Assembly: GCA_031370645.1 (NCBI GenBank)
Contig: JANMQV010000105.1
Coordinates: 1 to 34,378, forward strand
Source: Candidatus Eiseniibacteriota bacterium
GTDB lineage: Bacteria > Eisenbacteria > RBG-16-71-46 > SZUA-252
DNA: 34,378 nucleotides
Reading direction: 5' to 3'
This document shows, in pieces, positions 1 through 9,571 of the stretch (the first letter of the stretch is position 1; each line of letters opens with the position of its first letter). Made by a program: the position numbers and the translations under genes. The notes below the pieces were generated by a model, which made no database searches, was not told the origin of the DNA, and was given only the letters and a program-made list of their open reading frames with translations.

Positions 1-606
1 GCGCGCCTCGCCCTCGAGCGAGACGATGTGACGGTCGATTCGCTGTCCGAGCGCTTCCTCTCCCGGGGCGGAAAGCCCGCCCGGTCCGGTCGCTCGCGGT
101 GTGGCGTAAACCCCGGTGGCGTCGATCACGACATCGGCGCGGTCGATTCGCGGAGCTTCCCCTTCCGGCTCCACGCGCAGGAGGAATTTCAGCCCGATTC
201 GTGAGCGATCCCCTGTCGCCATGATGGAGTCGGATTTTGTCAGCCCCTCGCGCGCGATCAGGGCCACCCGCGAACGTTCTCGCACGCGCCCCGCCAGCTC
301 CGGAAGCCGGACGACCGGTTCCAGGTACCGAGTCACGATTTCACCGGCAGGGAGGATGGCTTCGTCTCCGGGGAGATCAACGCCGCTCTCGCGAAGCCGC
401 GCCCTTCCCCGCTCCGTCGAGTTCATGTGAAACGGCGTGAAGATGGTCACGCCCGCAAATCGCCGCCAGTGCTCCGCGACTCGCCGGGAATCGTAGAGCG
501 CGACATTGTAGCCGCGACGCGCACCTTCAAGCGCGGCTTCGATACCGATCGGCCCCGCGCCTAAAATGGCCACGCGCGGGGCGTTCGATGAGGGGCGTGT
601 GTCCAT
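1..606 (-). CDS. FAD/NAD(P)-dependent oxidoreductase (flavin monooxygenase-like), 3' end outside the window
   Basis: Not in the ORF track. Manual translation from ATG at 606 (GAGGA upstream): MDTRPSSNAPRVAILGAGPIGIEAALEGARRGYNVALYD...IFTPFHMN...ADVVIDATGVYATP. Rossmann GxGxxG and DATG motifs; frame stays open to position 1. Confidence 0.85.
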   Translation of the reverse strand, partial: MDTRPSSNAPRVAILGAGPIGIEAALEGARRGYNVALYDSRRVAEHWRRFAGVTIFTPFHMNSTERGRARLRESGVDLPGDEAILPAGEIVTRYLEPVVRLPELAGRVRERSRVALIAREGLTKSDSIMATGDRSRIGLKFLLRVEPEGEAPRIDRADVVIDATGVYATPRATGPGGLSAPGEEALGQRIDRHIVSLEGEAR

Positions 607-761
607 TCAGTGGTTCCTCAACCGGCTCTCGATATGCCGCTCCGAGATCGGCGGCCCTCTCCCTAGAGTATGAGGCCGTTCCATCCTACGGGCCGAACTG
701 ACGTGTTTCATTCCCTATCTGGCGAGCTTCCGGGGGAGTAGGAGATTCCCCTCGTAAGGCG

Positions 762-790
762 TTGCAATTATTGAGGATATATGCTACTGT
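762..790 (+). promoter_or_regulatory. Putative sigma70 promoter of the choice-of-anchor B gene
   Basis: TTGCAA (762-767), 17-nt spacer ending in TGc, TACTGT (785-790), inside an AT-rich patch. Confidence 0.55.
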
Positions 791-862
791 CACAAGCTCG
801 CCGCAGCCAGGGTGGCAGCATTCACCGAAATGCCGGTTCCGCAACGACTTCAGGAGGTTGTC

Positions 863-3439
863 GTGCCCGAAACAGATCGCCGGTCCGTCCGCGCCCTCGG
901 AGTCGCCCTGGCCTTTGTAGCGTCCACCTTCGCTCTCATTCCCGTGGCGGTCCGGGCCGAGCCCCAGGGGCGGAACGTGGAACTCCTCTCCCAAATGGAT
1001 AATTACGCCGGCTACTCGGCGTGCTGGTCCTACGTCCATCACGACGGGCGCGAGTACGCCATCCTCGGCACGACCACCGGAACGTCGATCGTCCGCCTCA
1101 CGGACCCCCGGAATCCAGTCGAAGTCGACTTCATCGGCGGCCCCCCGAGCGACTGGCGCGAGATGAAGCAGTATCGGGACTGGGTCTACGTCTGCTCGGA
1201 GGGAACGGGCACCGGACGCGGCATCCAGATCATCAGCATGGAGAATCCCGACAATCCGCGCCTGGTGAGGACCTACCGAACTGGATTCGACACCGCGCAC
1301 ACGGTCTCCATCGACACCACGCGCGCCATCCTCTACTGCAACGGCACATCGATCGGCATGGTGGCGCTCGCCCTCCAGCCGCAGGCGGGCGCGACTAACG
1401 CGAGTCCGACGAGCCCTCAGGAGATCGGCGTCTTCAGCGACTACTACCTCCACGATCTCCACCTTCGCGGAACGCTCGGTTACGCATCGGCCATCAACAA
1501 CGGCTTCGAGTCGATTCTCGATCTCTCCGTTCCCGCGAATCTCTACGCTGGAGCGGCGACGGTGGAGATCAAGCGCTGGAATACGCCGGCGAATTTCACG
1601 CACAACTCCTGGACGACGAAGAACGGCGACTACCTGATCGTCACCGAGGAGAACTCGGGCGGGAAACCGAAGGTCTACGACATCTCCGGCCCCGGAACGC
1701 CGATCTTGAAATACACCTTCACCGATCTCCCCGCTCACATCGGACACAACGTTCACGTGAAGGGCGACACCGCATTTGTCTCCTACTACACGGCGGGAGT
1801 CCGTCTCTACGACATCACCGATCCCACGAAACCGGTCGCGTTCGCCCACTACGATACGTTCCTTGGCGCCGACGGCGGCTACGACGGGGTCTGGGGAGTG
1901 GCTCCCTACTTCCCCTCCGGGATCTTCGTCACGAGCGATATTTCAAACGGCCTTTCGGTCTTCCGCGTGGACGCGCAGTACGGCGTCGTTCGCGGCACGG
2001 TGCGAGAGAACGTGGGCGGCACCGTGGTGGCGAGCGCTGTCGTGCACGATCACACGTCGGAGACCGAGGCGATCACCGCGGCGAACGGCACCTACAGTCT
2101 GGCGGCATCGGTGAATGCCGCGGGCGAACTCGAGGCGTCGAAGTTCGGCTACCAGCACTCGCTCGTAACGCTGAACGTGGCGAACGGCGGCGCCTATACC
2201 CAGGACTTCGTGACGCCGCCCCTCCCGACTGGAATCCTTCGCGGCGACACGCGGAACGGGGCGACGACCGCGCTTTTGACGAACACGCCGGTGGAAGTGA
2301 TCGGCACGCCGCTCCTCAGCGCGACCGGTGGGCTCGGGATCTACTCCTTCAACACGATTCCGGTTGGCACGTACCCCGTACGCGTCGATCGTCCCGGCTA
2401 CCTCACGTCGCTCCGCCCGGCCACGGTTGTGCAGGGGCAGACGACGACGCTCAACTTCCCGCTCACGCCGGCGACGTTTTACGACGACGCCGAGACGTTC
2501 GGGAACTGGACGATTGGCGACGCTTCCGATAACGCGACGACCGGGCAGTGGATCCAGGCGCCGCCCAGCGGGACGACGACGGCGCGCGTCGCTTCGGGCG
2601 CGCCAGCATTTCCCTTCGAACGTGGCGGCCGCGGCACCCCGCTCGGAGCCGCAAACCACCCAGCCCCCGGCGGCGACGGTGTCGGCGCGCCGGGCGAAGT
2701 TCAGCCCTCGAGCGACAACACCCCCGATCCGGGAATCAACTGCTTCGTCACCGGAAACGGCACCACCGGAGCCATCGGCGAGGCGGACGTGGACAACGGA
2801 AAGACCACCCTTACGAGCCCCGCGATGAATCTCACCGGCCTCGCCGACCCACGCGTCGCTTACTGGCGTTGGTACTCGAACAACGCCGGGTCGGGTGCAG
2901 GAGAGGATCCGCTGATCACGCTCTATTCAAACGACGGCGGCGCGACCTGGCCCCAGTCGGATTCTCTCTACGAAACGCGCAATTTCTGGGAGCGGGTCGA
3001 GATCAAGGTCACCGACCGCTTCCCCGTTCCGGGACAGTTCCGCGTCCGCTTCGTGGCGCAGGACCTCGGCACCGGCTCAGTTGTGGAGTCGGCGATCGAC
3101 GATCTGATGTTCTACTCGGGCGCGGTCGTCACGACGGTCGAGGAGGAGTCGCCGCCGGCCCCCGCAGTCACGCTCGGCGCCCCGCGCCCTTCGCCGACGA
3201 GAGATGGCAGCGAATTCGAACTCGCGATGCCGCGCTCGGGACCCGTGCTCGCGAACCTCTACGACGTTCAGGGGCGCCTCGCGCGCACCCTCTTCGCCGG
3301 CACGTTGAAGCCGGGAAGACATCTCATCCGGTGGGACGGCAGGCTTCGAACCGGAGCGACGGCGGCGGCGGGGGTCTACCTCTTGAAGGTGAACGCGGCG
3401 GGCGAAGTGAGGACGCGGAAAGTCGTCGTCGTCCGGTAA
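863..3439 (+). CDS. Secreted choice-of-anchor B / LVIVD-repeat protein with carboxypeptidase-regulatory-like domains and C-terminal FlgD-Ig-like domain
   Basis: GTG at 863 after AGGAGG (852-857), preferred over the track start at 812. Signal peptide ending VAVRA. Repeats GREYAILG, SDWREMKQY, THNSW, GHNVHVKG, SYYTAGVRLYDI, GVWGVAPYFPSG. C-terminus LYDVQGRLARTL...IRWDGR...AAGVYLLKV...RKVVVVR. Confidence 0.85.
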   Translation: MPETDRRSVRALGVALAFVASTFALIPVAVRAEPQGRNVELLSQMDNYAGYSACWSYVHHDGREYAILGTTTGTSIVRLTDPRNPVEVDFIGGPPSDWREMKQYRDWVYVCSEGTGTGRGIQIISMENPDNPRLVRTYRTGFDTAHTVSIDTTRAILYCNGTSIGMVALALQPQAGATNASPTSPQEIGVFSDYYLHDLHLRGTLGYASAINNGFESILDLSVPANLYAGAATVEIKRWNTPANFTHNSWTTKNGDYLIVTEENSGGKPKVYDISGPGTPILKYTFTDLPAHIGHNVHVKGDTAFVSYYTAGVRLYDITDPTKPVAFAHYDTFLGADGGYDGVWGVAPYFPSGIFVTSDISNGLSVFRVDAQYGVVRGTVRENVGGTVVASAVVHDHTSETEAITAANGTYSLAASVNAAGELEASKFGYQHSLVTLNVANGGAYTQDFVTPPLPTGILRGDTRNGATTALLTNTPVEVIGTPLLSATGGLGIYSFNTIPVGTYPVRVDRPGYLTSLRPATVVQGQTTTLNFPLTPATFYDDAETFGNWTIGDASDNATTGQWIQAPPSGTTTARVASGAPAFPFERGGRGTPLGAANHPAPGGDGVGAPGEVQPSSDNTPDPGINCFVTGNGTTGAIGEADVDNGKTTLTSPAMNLTGLADPRVAYWRWYSNNAGSGAGEDPLITLYSNDGGATWPQSDSLYETRNFWERVEIKVTDRFPVPGQFRVRFVAQDLGTGSVVESAIDDLMFYSGAVVTTVEEESPPAPAVTLGAPRPSPTRDGSEFELAMPRSGPVLANLYDVQGRLARTLFAGTLKPGRHLIRWDGRLRTGATAAAGVYLLKVNAAGEVRTRKVVVVR

Positions 3440-3479
3440 GGAGCGCGTCCGGAAGCCGCCGAAGAGATTGCGGAGGAGC

Positions 3480-4190
3480 TCAGGCCAGCCCGAGTCCCTC
3501 CATGTCTTCCTCCTCGAAGCCGAGGTAGTGCCCGTACTCGTGTAGCAGCGTGATTCGGATTTCCTTCGAGACTTCGGCACGGTTCTTCCCCGCCCGCTCC
3601 AGATTTCGCTGAAAGAGGAGCACCACGTCCGGGAAGCCCGACGGGGCGCCGACCTTCTCGCCAATCGAAGTGCCAACGAAGAGTCCAAGGATTTCCGGAG
3701 AGATGTGCGGCGCCTGGTCGGCCATCTCCGCGGTCGGTTTCGGCTCCACCGTCACCGGCACCTTCGCCACGACGTCCCGAATCTTCTTGGGGAGGCTCCG
3801 CAGCACGTCGTCCAAGATGGCGCGGAAGTCGTCTCGGGTGGCTCGGACAGGCGGCGGAAAGTTCTCGGGGTCGAGCCGCGACGCCTCCTCGAAGAGGACG
3901 TCGGCCGCCGTGAACTCCCCCGAAGCCTCGAGGATCCTCGCCTCCAGATCGGCCCGGTCGGCGTCGTCCTCCTCGTCGGGAGGCGGCTGGAGCCCCTGCA
4001 CAGCGGTGAGCGCATCATCGGAGCGCCAAAGTAAATGGAGCGCCTCGCATCGATCGAGCGCGGCGCCCCAATGTTCCGGATCTTCCTTCAACGCGCGCTC
4101 GAAGGCATCGAGCGCGTCTTCGTATTCACCTTCTTCGAGCGCTTCTTCCCCCTCTCGGACCAGCTCTTCGGCCTCGTCGGGGGCACCCAT
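3480..4190 (-). CDS. TPR + minimal zincin (Zincin_1-like) metallopeptidase family protein
   Basis: N-terminal TPR-like helices (GEYEDALDAFERALKEDPEH). C-terminal ILGLFVG...VVLLFQRNLER...EIRITLLHEYGHYLG with HExxH. Confidence 0.85.
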   Translation of the reverse strand: MGAPDEAEELVREGEEALEEGEYEDALDAFERALKEDPEHWGAALDRCEALHLLWRSDDALTAVQGLQPPPDEEDDADRADLEARILEASGEFTAADVLFEEASRLDPENFPPPVRATRDDFRAILDDVLRSLPKKIRDVVAKVPVTVEPKPTAEMADQAPHISPEILGLFVGTSIGEKVGAPSGFPDVVLLFQRNLERAGKNRAEVSKEIRITLLHEYGHYLGFEEEDMEGLGLA

Positions 4191-4663
4191 TACGAACCGC
4201 CGCTCTTCGGCGCCGCGTCCACCATGGAGATGGCGCGTCCCAGCACTTCATCGATCTCGAAGAGAACCTGATCCAGATTCCGCTGCTGCGCGCGCACGCC
4301 TTCGACGTCGTTCTGCATGACGAACGGCTCGGCTGCCGTTATGACGTTTCGGGCCGACGCCACCTTCAGTTTCAAATCCTGCCCATCCATCAGGCTCAAC
4401 TTCCCCGACTGCACCTCGAGGCTATCGAGCGTCGACTTCATGTCATTGAGGTAGCCGGGGATGAAGTCCATGGTTCCGTTCATCACGGCGCTTGAGAGGC
4501 GCGACCGCTTGAAGTTGAGCGTTTCTCGGAGCGAGACCAAGACCGGCCCTTGATCCTTGGCGCCGGTCAGTTGCTGCTGAATCTGGTCGCATCCGATCGA
4601 AAGTGCGGCGAAAAGCGCCGCCGCCGCGAAGGCGGCGACCATCCGTGGTCGCGCGAGTTTCAT
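4190..4663 (-). CDS. Hypothetical helical lipoprotein
   Basis: Signal peptide with lipobox-like LSIGC. Its TAA overlaps the ATG of the downstream zincin (TAATG, sharing 4190). Confidence 0.7.
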   Translation of the reverse strand: MKLARPRMVAAFAAAALFAALSIGCDQIQQQLTGAKDQGPVLVSLRETLNFKRSRLSSAVMNGTMDFIPGYLNDMKSTLDSLEVQSGKLSLMDGQDLKLKVASARNVITAAEPFVMQNDVEGVRAQQRNLDQVLFEIDEVLGRAISMVDAAPKSGGS

Positions 4664-4700
4664 GGTGCAATCCCCCTGTGACGACGTTCGCCTGCCCCGG

Positions 4701-5486
4701 TTACTTCCAGAGGTAGACGATGCTGAAGACCCCGACCCAAATCGCGTCGACGAAATGCCAGTACCAGCTCGCCGCGAGGAACGGGAAGTGTTGCTCCTTC
4801 GTGATGCGACCCTTCATGGCCGCGGTGTAGACGACATTCAAGAACACGACGCCCATGAGGACGTGAAGCCCGTGGAAGCCGGTCAGCATGAAGAAGGTGG
4901 TGCCGAAGATGCCGCTCTTGATCGAGAACGCCTCTCCGTTCAGGACGCCGTATTCGTAGGCCTGCCCGCAAAGGAAGACCGCCCCGAGGAAGATCGTCAT
5001 CAAGAGCCCGGAGACGAACTGTTCCCTCTTGCCCCGCTCGAGCGCCATGTGCGCGAAGTGGCACGTCACCGAGGAGAAGAGGAGGATGAAGGTGTTCACG
5101 GCCGGAAGGACGAGGCCGAAGTGCGGCATTCCCTCGGGCGGCCAGACCTTGTGGTGGTAGCGCGAATAGAAGAGCGCGGCGAAGAAGGCCCCGAAGATCA
5201 TCGCTTCCGACAGAATGAAGATTTTGAACGAGGTCTTGAGCCTTCCATCGGCGTCGTCCAAGTCCTTCCCCGCGAACTTGTCGCGGAGAAGTTCCCCCCA
5301 CCAGCGGGTGGACCCGACGATGGTGATCAGGAGGCCAAGCATCAGGATGCCGAGCCCGTTCTTGTTGCCGTGGCCATTCAGGACAATGCCCACCGGGAGC
5401 AGCCCGGCGCCGAGGGCCGTGATGATCGGCCACTTGCTCGGAATCGGATCGTGCGAGTGGTGCGGCGCGAGAGCGGAATCGGACAT
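4701..5486 (-). CDS. ctaE: Cytochrome c oxidase subunit III
   Basis: PIPSKWP N-terminus, FILSEAMIFGAFF, NTFILLFSS, GQAYEY, FFMLTGFHGLHVLMG, SWYWHFVDAIW. GGAGG RBS. Confidence 0.92.
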   Translation of the reverse strand: MSDSALAPHHSHDPIPSKWPIITALGAGLLPVGIVLNGHGNKNGLGILMLGLLITIVGSTRWWGELLRDKFAGKDLDDADGRLKTSFKIFILSEAMIFGAFFAALFYSRYHHKVWPPEGMPHFGLVLPAVNTFILLFSSVTCHFAHMALERGKREQFVSGLLMTIFLGAVFLCGQAYEYGVLNGEAFSIKSGIFGTTFFMLTGFHGLHVLMGVVFLNVVYTAAMKGRITKEQHFPFLAASWYWHFVDAIWVGVFSIVYLWK

Positions 5487-5535
5487 GGGAACTAGGATCC
5501 TCCGGTTCGGGTCGTATGTGTCCGTTTGACGCGGG

Positions 5536-5565
5536 ATTGTGAGGCTTTTCCGGGGGGTGGGTCAA
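5536..5565 (-). promoter_or_regulatory. Putative sigma70 promoter of the ctaE operon
   Basis: Minus strand TTGACC, 18-nt spacer, CACAAT, about 50 nt upstream of the ATG. Confidence 0.45.
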
Positions 5566-5638
5566 GCGCGAGGGTTCCGGCCAACGCAGGGCCCCGAGGC
5601 AGCCCTGCCAAGCACTTACGACAGCGGCGCCCGCGCAG

Positions 5639-6817
5639 CTATTCCAACGCCGCCCCGCGCGGCGGTTCCAATCGCGGTGTCCGATCCCGGAGCAGCGCGA
5701 CGGCGCAGACCAGTCCCAGCGCCGGCATGCAGGCGAGCACCGTGAGCGCCGCGTGGATGCCGCGCGCGTCGGCCAGCGCTCCGATCGGACCGATGATGAG
5801 CGCCCCCATCCCCCACGCGGCTCCCATCAAGAAGCTCGAGATTGTGGAGGAATGAGCCGGCGAGAGTTCCTGCCCTAAGACGACGTTCACCGGCAGCGAC
5901 GACTGCAGAACGAAGGAGGCCAGGATGAGGCACGGGATCCCGAATCGATCCGGGAGGAAGAGCGCGGTGAGAAAGAGGGGGAGCGCGCCCGTGAACGACC
6001 AGGCGATCACGCGGCGGCCGCCGACCTTGTCAGAAAGCCACCCCCCGAAGAATCCGCCGAGCGCGCCGAACAGAAGGTAGAGCGAAACGACCGCCCCGCT
6101 TTGCGCGAGGGAGTAGCCGCGCCCGTGAAGGTAGAGCGGAAGGAAGGTCATGTATCCGGCCGCGACGACGGAGCGCGACACCGTCGCGGTATAGAGGAGG
6201 ACGAGAGGGCGAAGCACGGGGCGTAGCGCGCGAAGCGGCGGCGGCTTCTCGCGGTGCCGGGGTCGCACTTCCATGCGACCGAGCCAGAAGAAGAGGAGCA
6301 GCGACGCGGCAATCCCCGGAAACACGGCCACCCACGTGCCGCCGAGCCCGAACGCCGTCACGACGCCGACGGCGAACATCGGCCCGAGCGCGAAGCCGAG
6401 CGTCCCCCCGGTCACCCAAATGGCCATCCCCATGCTCTTTCGACCCGACGCCTCGGACGCCAGAACGGCGGCCTGCGGATGGAACGCGGCGACTCCGAGC
6501 CCCGCCAGCATGAGGAACGCGAGCAGGACGCCGAAACTAGGTGCGAGCCCGAGCGCGCTCATGAAGATCGCCGCCGTGAGCGGGCCCAACGCCACGAACC
6601 ACGGGCGTCTCATGCGGTCGGAGACGAGTCCGAAGAACGGCTGCGAGAAGGACGACGTGATCGACGAGAGCGCCACAAGCGTGCCGACGAGCGTGAGGCT
6701 CAGCCCAAGCTTCGCCACGAGGAGCGGCAAAAGTGGCGCGAAGAAGGAAGAATACGAATCGATCGCGAGGTGGCCGAACGTGAGGATTCCAAGACGAGGC
6801 GTGACGGGGTGTCGCAT
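5639..6817 (-). CDS. MFS transporter (Fsr / fosmidomycin-resistance-like)
   Basis: About 12 hydrophobic segments; GHLAIDSY, SQPFFGLVSDR, AAFHPQA, GGWLSDKVGGRR motifs. Confidence 0.88.
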   Translation of the reverse strand: MRHPVTPRLGILTFGHLAIDSYSSFFAPLLPLLVAKLGLSLTLVGTLVALSSITSSFSQPFFGLVSDRMRRPWFVALGPLTAAIFMSALGLAPSFGVLLAFLMLAGLGVAAFHPQAAVLASEASGRKSMGMAIWVTGGTLGFALGPMFAVGVVTAFGLGGTWVAVFPGIAASLLLFFWLGRMEVRPRHREKPPPLRALRPVLRPLVLLYTATVSRSVVAAGYMTFLPLYLHGRGYSLAQSGAVVSLYLLFGALGGFFGGWLSDKVGGRRVIAWSFTGALPLFLTALFLPDRFGIPCLILASFVLQSSLPVNVVLGQELSPAHSSTISSFLMGAAWGMGALIIGPIGALADARGIHAALTVLACMPALGLVCAVALLRDRTPRLEPPRGAALE

Positions 6818-6927
6818 GCGGCGGGAGCATAACAGGTCACGCTTCCATCGCCGGAGTTCATCGACTACAGTGCCCCTGCTCCTCGCTCACCGGCCTCCCG
6901 CCAACCAGAGCCCCAGACCGACAGGCC

Positions 6928-8904
6928 ATGCGACCGACGACTCGTTCCACTTCGGATTTCACGACCGCGCTTCGCGACCTGGGCTACTCCGCGTTTCGCC
7001 CCGGCCAGCGTGAGGCATTGGAGACGCTGTTTCAGCACCGCCGGCTCCTGCTCGTCGCCCCGACGGGCGGCGGCAAGAGTCTCATCTATCAGCTCCCCGC
7101 GACGATGCTCGAGGGGACGACGCTCGTGATCTCCCCCCTGATCGCGCTCATGCAGGATCAAGTGTCGGCGCTCCAGGCGCGCGGCGTGGCGGCCACCTAT
7201 CTCGCCTCCACGCTCTCCGACGAGGAAGCGCGCGCCCGGCTCCGCGGCATTCGCGCGGGCGACTACCGCTTGGTCTACGTGGCGCCCGAGCGGCTGCCTT
7301 ACCCCGGATTTCAGGACTTGGCGCGCGAGCTCGACCCTCCCCTCGTCGCCATCGACGAGGCGCACTGCATCAGCCACTGGGGCCACGATTTCAGACGCGA
7401 ATACTTGGCCATCGGCGACTTCGTGAAGCAATTCCCCCGCGCCATGGTCCTCGCCTGCACGGCGACCGCGACTCCCGCCGTGCGCGACGACATCGTCACC
7501 CAATTGAAGCTTGGTCCCGACACGCCACAGATCCTTCGTGGCTTCGCGCGTCCGAATCTTTCGTTGCGCGTCGGAACGCCGGAAACCGCGACCGAGCTTC
7601 GTCTCGCCATCGATGACGCCTTGGCGGAGGCGCTGGGCGGCCCCGGCCCCGCCGGGCGGAAACCGGGCGCGGCGATCCTCTACTGCTTGAGCCGCGCCGA
7701 TACGGAAGCCGAAGCGAAGCGGCTCCGCGCCGCCGGATGGCGCGCCGGCTGGTACCACGCAGGCCTCTCAGGCGACTTGCGCAGCGAAGTCCAGAAACGC
7801 TTCATGACAGGAGAGTTAGACGTGGTGGCGGCGACGAACGCTTTCGGCATGGGGATCGATCGCGCCGACGTGCGCGCGGTCATTCATCTCTCGCCGCCCG
7901 ACTCGGTGGAGGCCTACTACCAAGAGGTGGGACGCGCCGGCCGCGATGGCGAAGAGGCGTTCGGACTCCTACTCCTACGCCTCTCCGACATCCCGAGGCG
8001 GAAGTCGCTGATCGAGCGCGGCGCGAGCCAGGATGGTGCGGGCGCGGCGTGGGTGGAGCACCGATGGTCGATGTTCCGCGATCTGCTTCGCTGGGCGGAA
8101 GGAGGCACGTGCCGCCACGACGCCATCCTCCGCTACTTCGGCGACGAAGTGGAGACGCTGCACGGCTGTGGTCGGTGTGACGTCTGCCGGGAACTCGCGG
8201 AAGGCGGTACGGAGGATGAGAGTGGTCGAAGCGCCGAGAGCCGGGCGGTCGCGATGGCGATCCTCGCCGCGGTTCGGCTGGTGGACCAGCGTCTCGGCTT
8301 CAAGGTCACGGTGAAGTTCCTTCGCGGCGAGAAGGACGATCGCCTGGTTCGCTACGGATTGGGCGGGCATCGAGACGCCGGCGCGCTCGCCCGCTACTCC
8401 GAGGCGTGGCTCGGCCAGGCGCTTCAGCGCTGCGTCACGGCGGGCTGGGTCGACTTCACGGATGGCGAGTATCCGCTTCTCATGCTGACCGACCTCGGAA
8501 AGGCGGTGCTGGCCGGGAAGCGTGACGCGCGGTTGATCCTCCCGGCGCTCCAGGCGACAGGAGCGCGACGGACGGCTCGAGGCGAGACGCGCCGCGCCGC
8601 CACTTCGGCACGCACGGGCGGGACGAGAGCGGCGGGCCTCCCGGGCGCGTTGGGCGCCCGGAGCGACGACAAACCGGCGGGCTACACCGAGCGCTTCGAC
8701 GCGCTCCGTCGCTGGCGGCTGGAGCGCGCGCGCGCCGATTCGGTCCCCGCGTTCGTCGTCGCGTCCGACCGCACGCTCGACGACGTAGCGCTCCTCGCGC
8801 CGACGGACGTGGACGACCTGAGGCTCTGTTACGGAATCGGTCCAGCGAAAGTGGAGAAATACGGCGAGGAGATTCTCGAAGTACTGAAGCGCGTTGTTCG
8901 GTAG
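6928..8904 (+). CDS. recQ: ATP-dependent DNA helicase RecQ
   Basis: PTGGGKS, SPLIALMQDQV, DEAHCISHWGHDFR, ATNAFGMGID, YYQEVGRAGRDG; Zn-binding CRH...CGRCDVC; RQC region; C-terminal HRDC (VPAFVVASDRTL...GIGPAKVEKYG). Confidence 0.95.
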   Translation: MRPTTRSTSDFTTALRDLGYSAFRPGQREALETLFQHRRLLLVAPTGGGKSLIYQLPATMLEGTTLVISPLIALMQDQVSALQARGVAATYLASTLSDEEARARLRGIRAGDYRLVYVAPERLPYPGFQDLARELDPPLVAIDEAHCISHWGHDFRREYLAIGDFVKQFPRAMVLACTATATPAVRDDIVTQLKLGPDTPQILRGFARPNLSLRVGTPETATELRLAIDDALAEALGGPGPAGRKPGAAILYCLSRADTEAEAKRLRAAGWRAGWYHAGLSGDLRSEVQKRFMTGELDVVAATNAFGMGIDRADVRAVIHLSPPDSVEAYYQEVGRAGRDGEEAFGLLLLRLSDIPRRKSLIERGASQDGAGAAWVEHRWSMFRDLLRWAEGGTCRHDAILRYFGDEVETLHGCGRCDVCRELAEGGTEDESGRSAESRAVAMAILAAVRLVDQRLGFKVTVKFLRGEKDDRLVRYGLGGHRDAGALARYSEAWLGQALQRCVTAGWVDFTDGEYPLLMLTDLGKAVLAGKRDARLILPALQATGARRTARGETRRAATSARTGGTRAAGLPGALGARSDDKPAGYTERFDALRRWRLERARADSVPAFVVASDRTLDDVALLAPTDVDDLRLCYGIGPAKVEKYGEEILEVLKRVVR

Positions 8905-8938
8905 GGGCCGCGGCGTGGCGCCGGGCCCCGAAGAATGT

Positions 8939-9571
8939 CTAGGCGACCCGCTCCCGCTTCCGGACAGCTTCCTTCTTCTTCGCCTTGCTGTGGCGGCGCG
9001 CGATGCCGCGCGCCGAAGCAGGCGTTGGCGTCGCTTCCGGCATCTTCGTGACCAGCGAGCCGAGGCAGAGGTCAGCCAGAGGGAAGAGCACGTTTAGGTT
9101 CCGGTTCATGTAGATGTGGTGGATGCGATGGTGCTTCTTGATGAATTGGAAATATTTCATCCGCTCGATCCAGGGGATCGACGGCATGTGCATCAGGTAG
9201 TGAAGCCCCTCGTAGCCAGCGTAATAGAGCGCGAAGGCGCACCCCAGGCTGATCACGAACGGCGTCGCCGGAAGATCCCAGCCGATCGCCGAGAACCACC
9301 AGGCGAGCAGCACCCACGGCGTCACATTGATCGCGATGAGAAGCGGCCCGCCCCACCACTGGAAGGAGAGCGCCTCGTGCTGCTCCTCCTCGACGACGTG
9401 AAACGTGTCGTCGTGCCTGCAGAGCTGGTGGTGAACGAGCGTATGGGCGGTAAAGGCGCCCTTAGGAAGCCAGGGACGGTGGAGCCAGAAGCGATGAAAC
9501 GCCCACTCGATGAAGCTGCCCTGGACGATGCCGGCGATGGTGCCTGCGAGGATGGCGTAGACGATAGTCAC
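8939..9571 (-). CDS. Sterol desaturase / fatty acid hydroxylase family membrane di-metal enzyme
   Basis: His boxes HRFWLH, HTLVHH, HYLMH and HHRIHH between TM segments. GTG at 9571 after GGAG preferred; track start 9655 is possible. Confidence 0.75.
   Translation of the reverse strand: MTIVYAILAGTIAGIVQGSFIEWAFHRFWLHRPWLPKGAFTAHTLVHHQLCRHDDTFHVVEEEQHEALSFQWWGGPLLIAINVTPWVLLAWWFSAIGWDLPATPFVISLGCAFALYYAGYEGLHYLMHMPSIPWIERMKYFQFIKKHHRIHHIYMNRNLNVLFPLADLCLGSLVTKMPEATPTPASARGIARRHSKAKKKEAVRKRERVA

Noticed and set aside
686-1849. Long opposite-strand ORFs (686-1849, 10212-11819, 13270-15306, 15349-16788, 27934-30081 and others)
   Set aside because: They lie antisense to well-supported genes and lack motifs; this is expected shadowing from high-GC codon bias.
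755-5618. IHF-like CAA-N4-TTA motifs at 755-767 and about 5606-5618
   Set aside because: Short partial matches with no supporting sigma54 site or recombination context.
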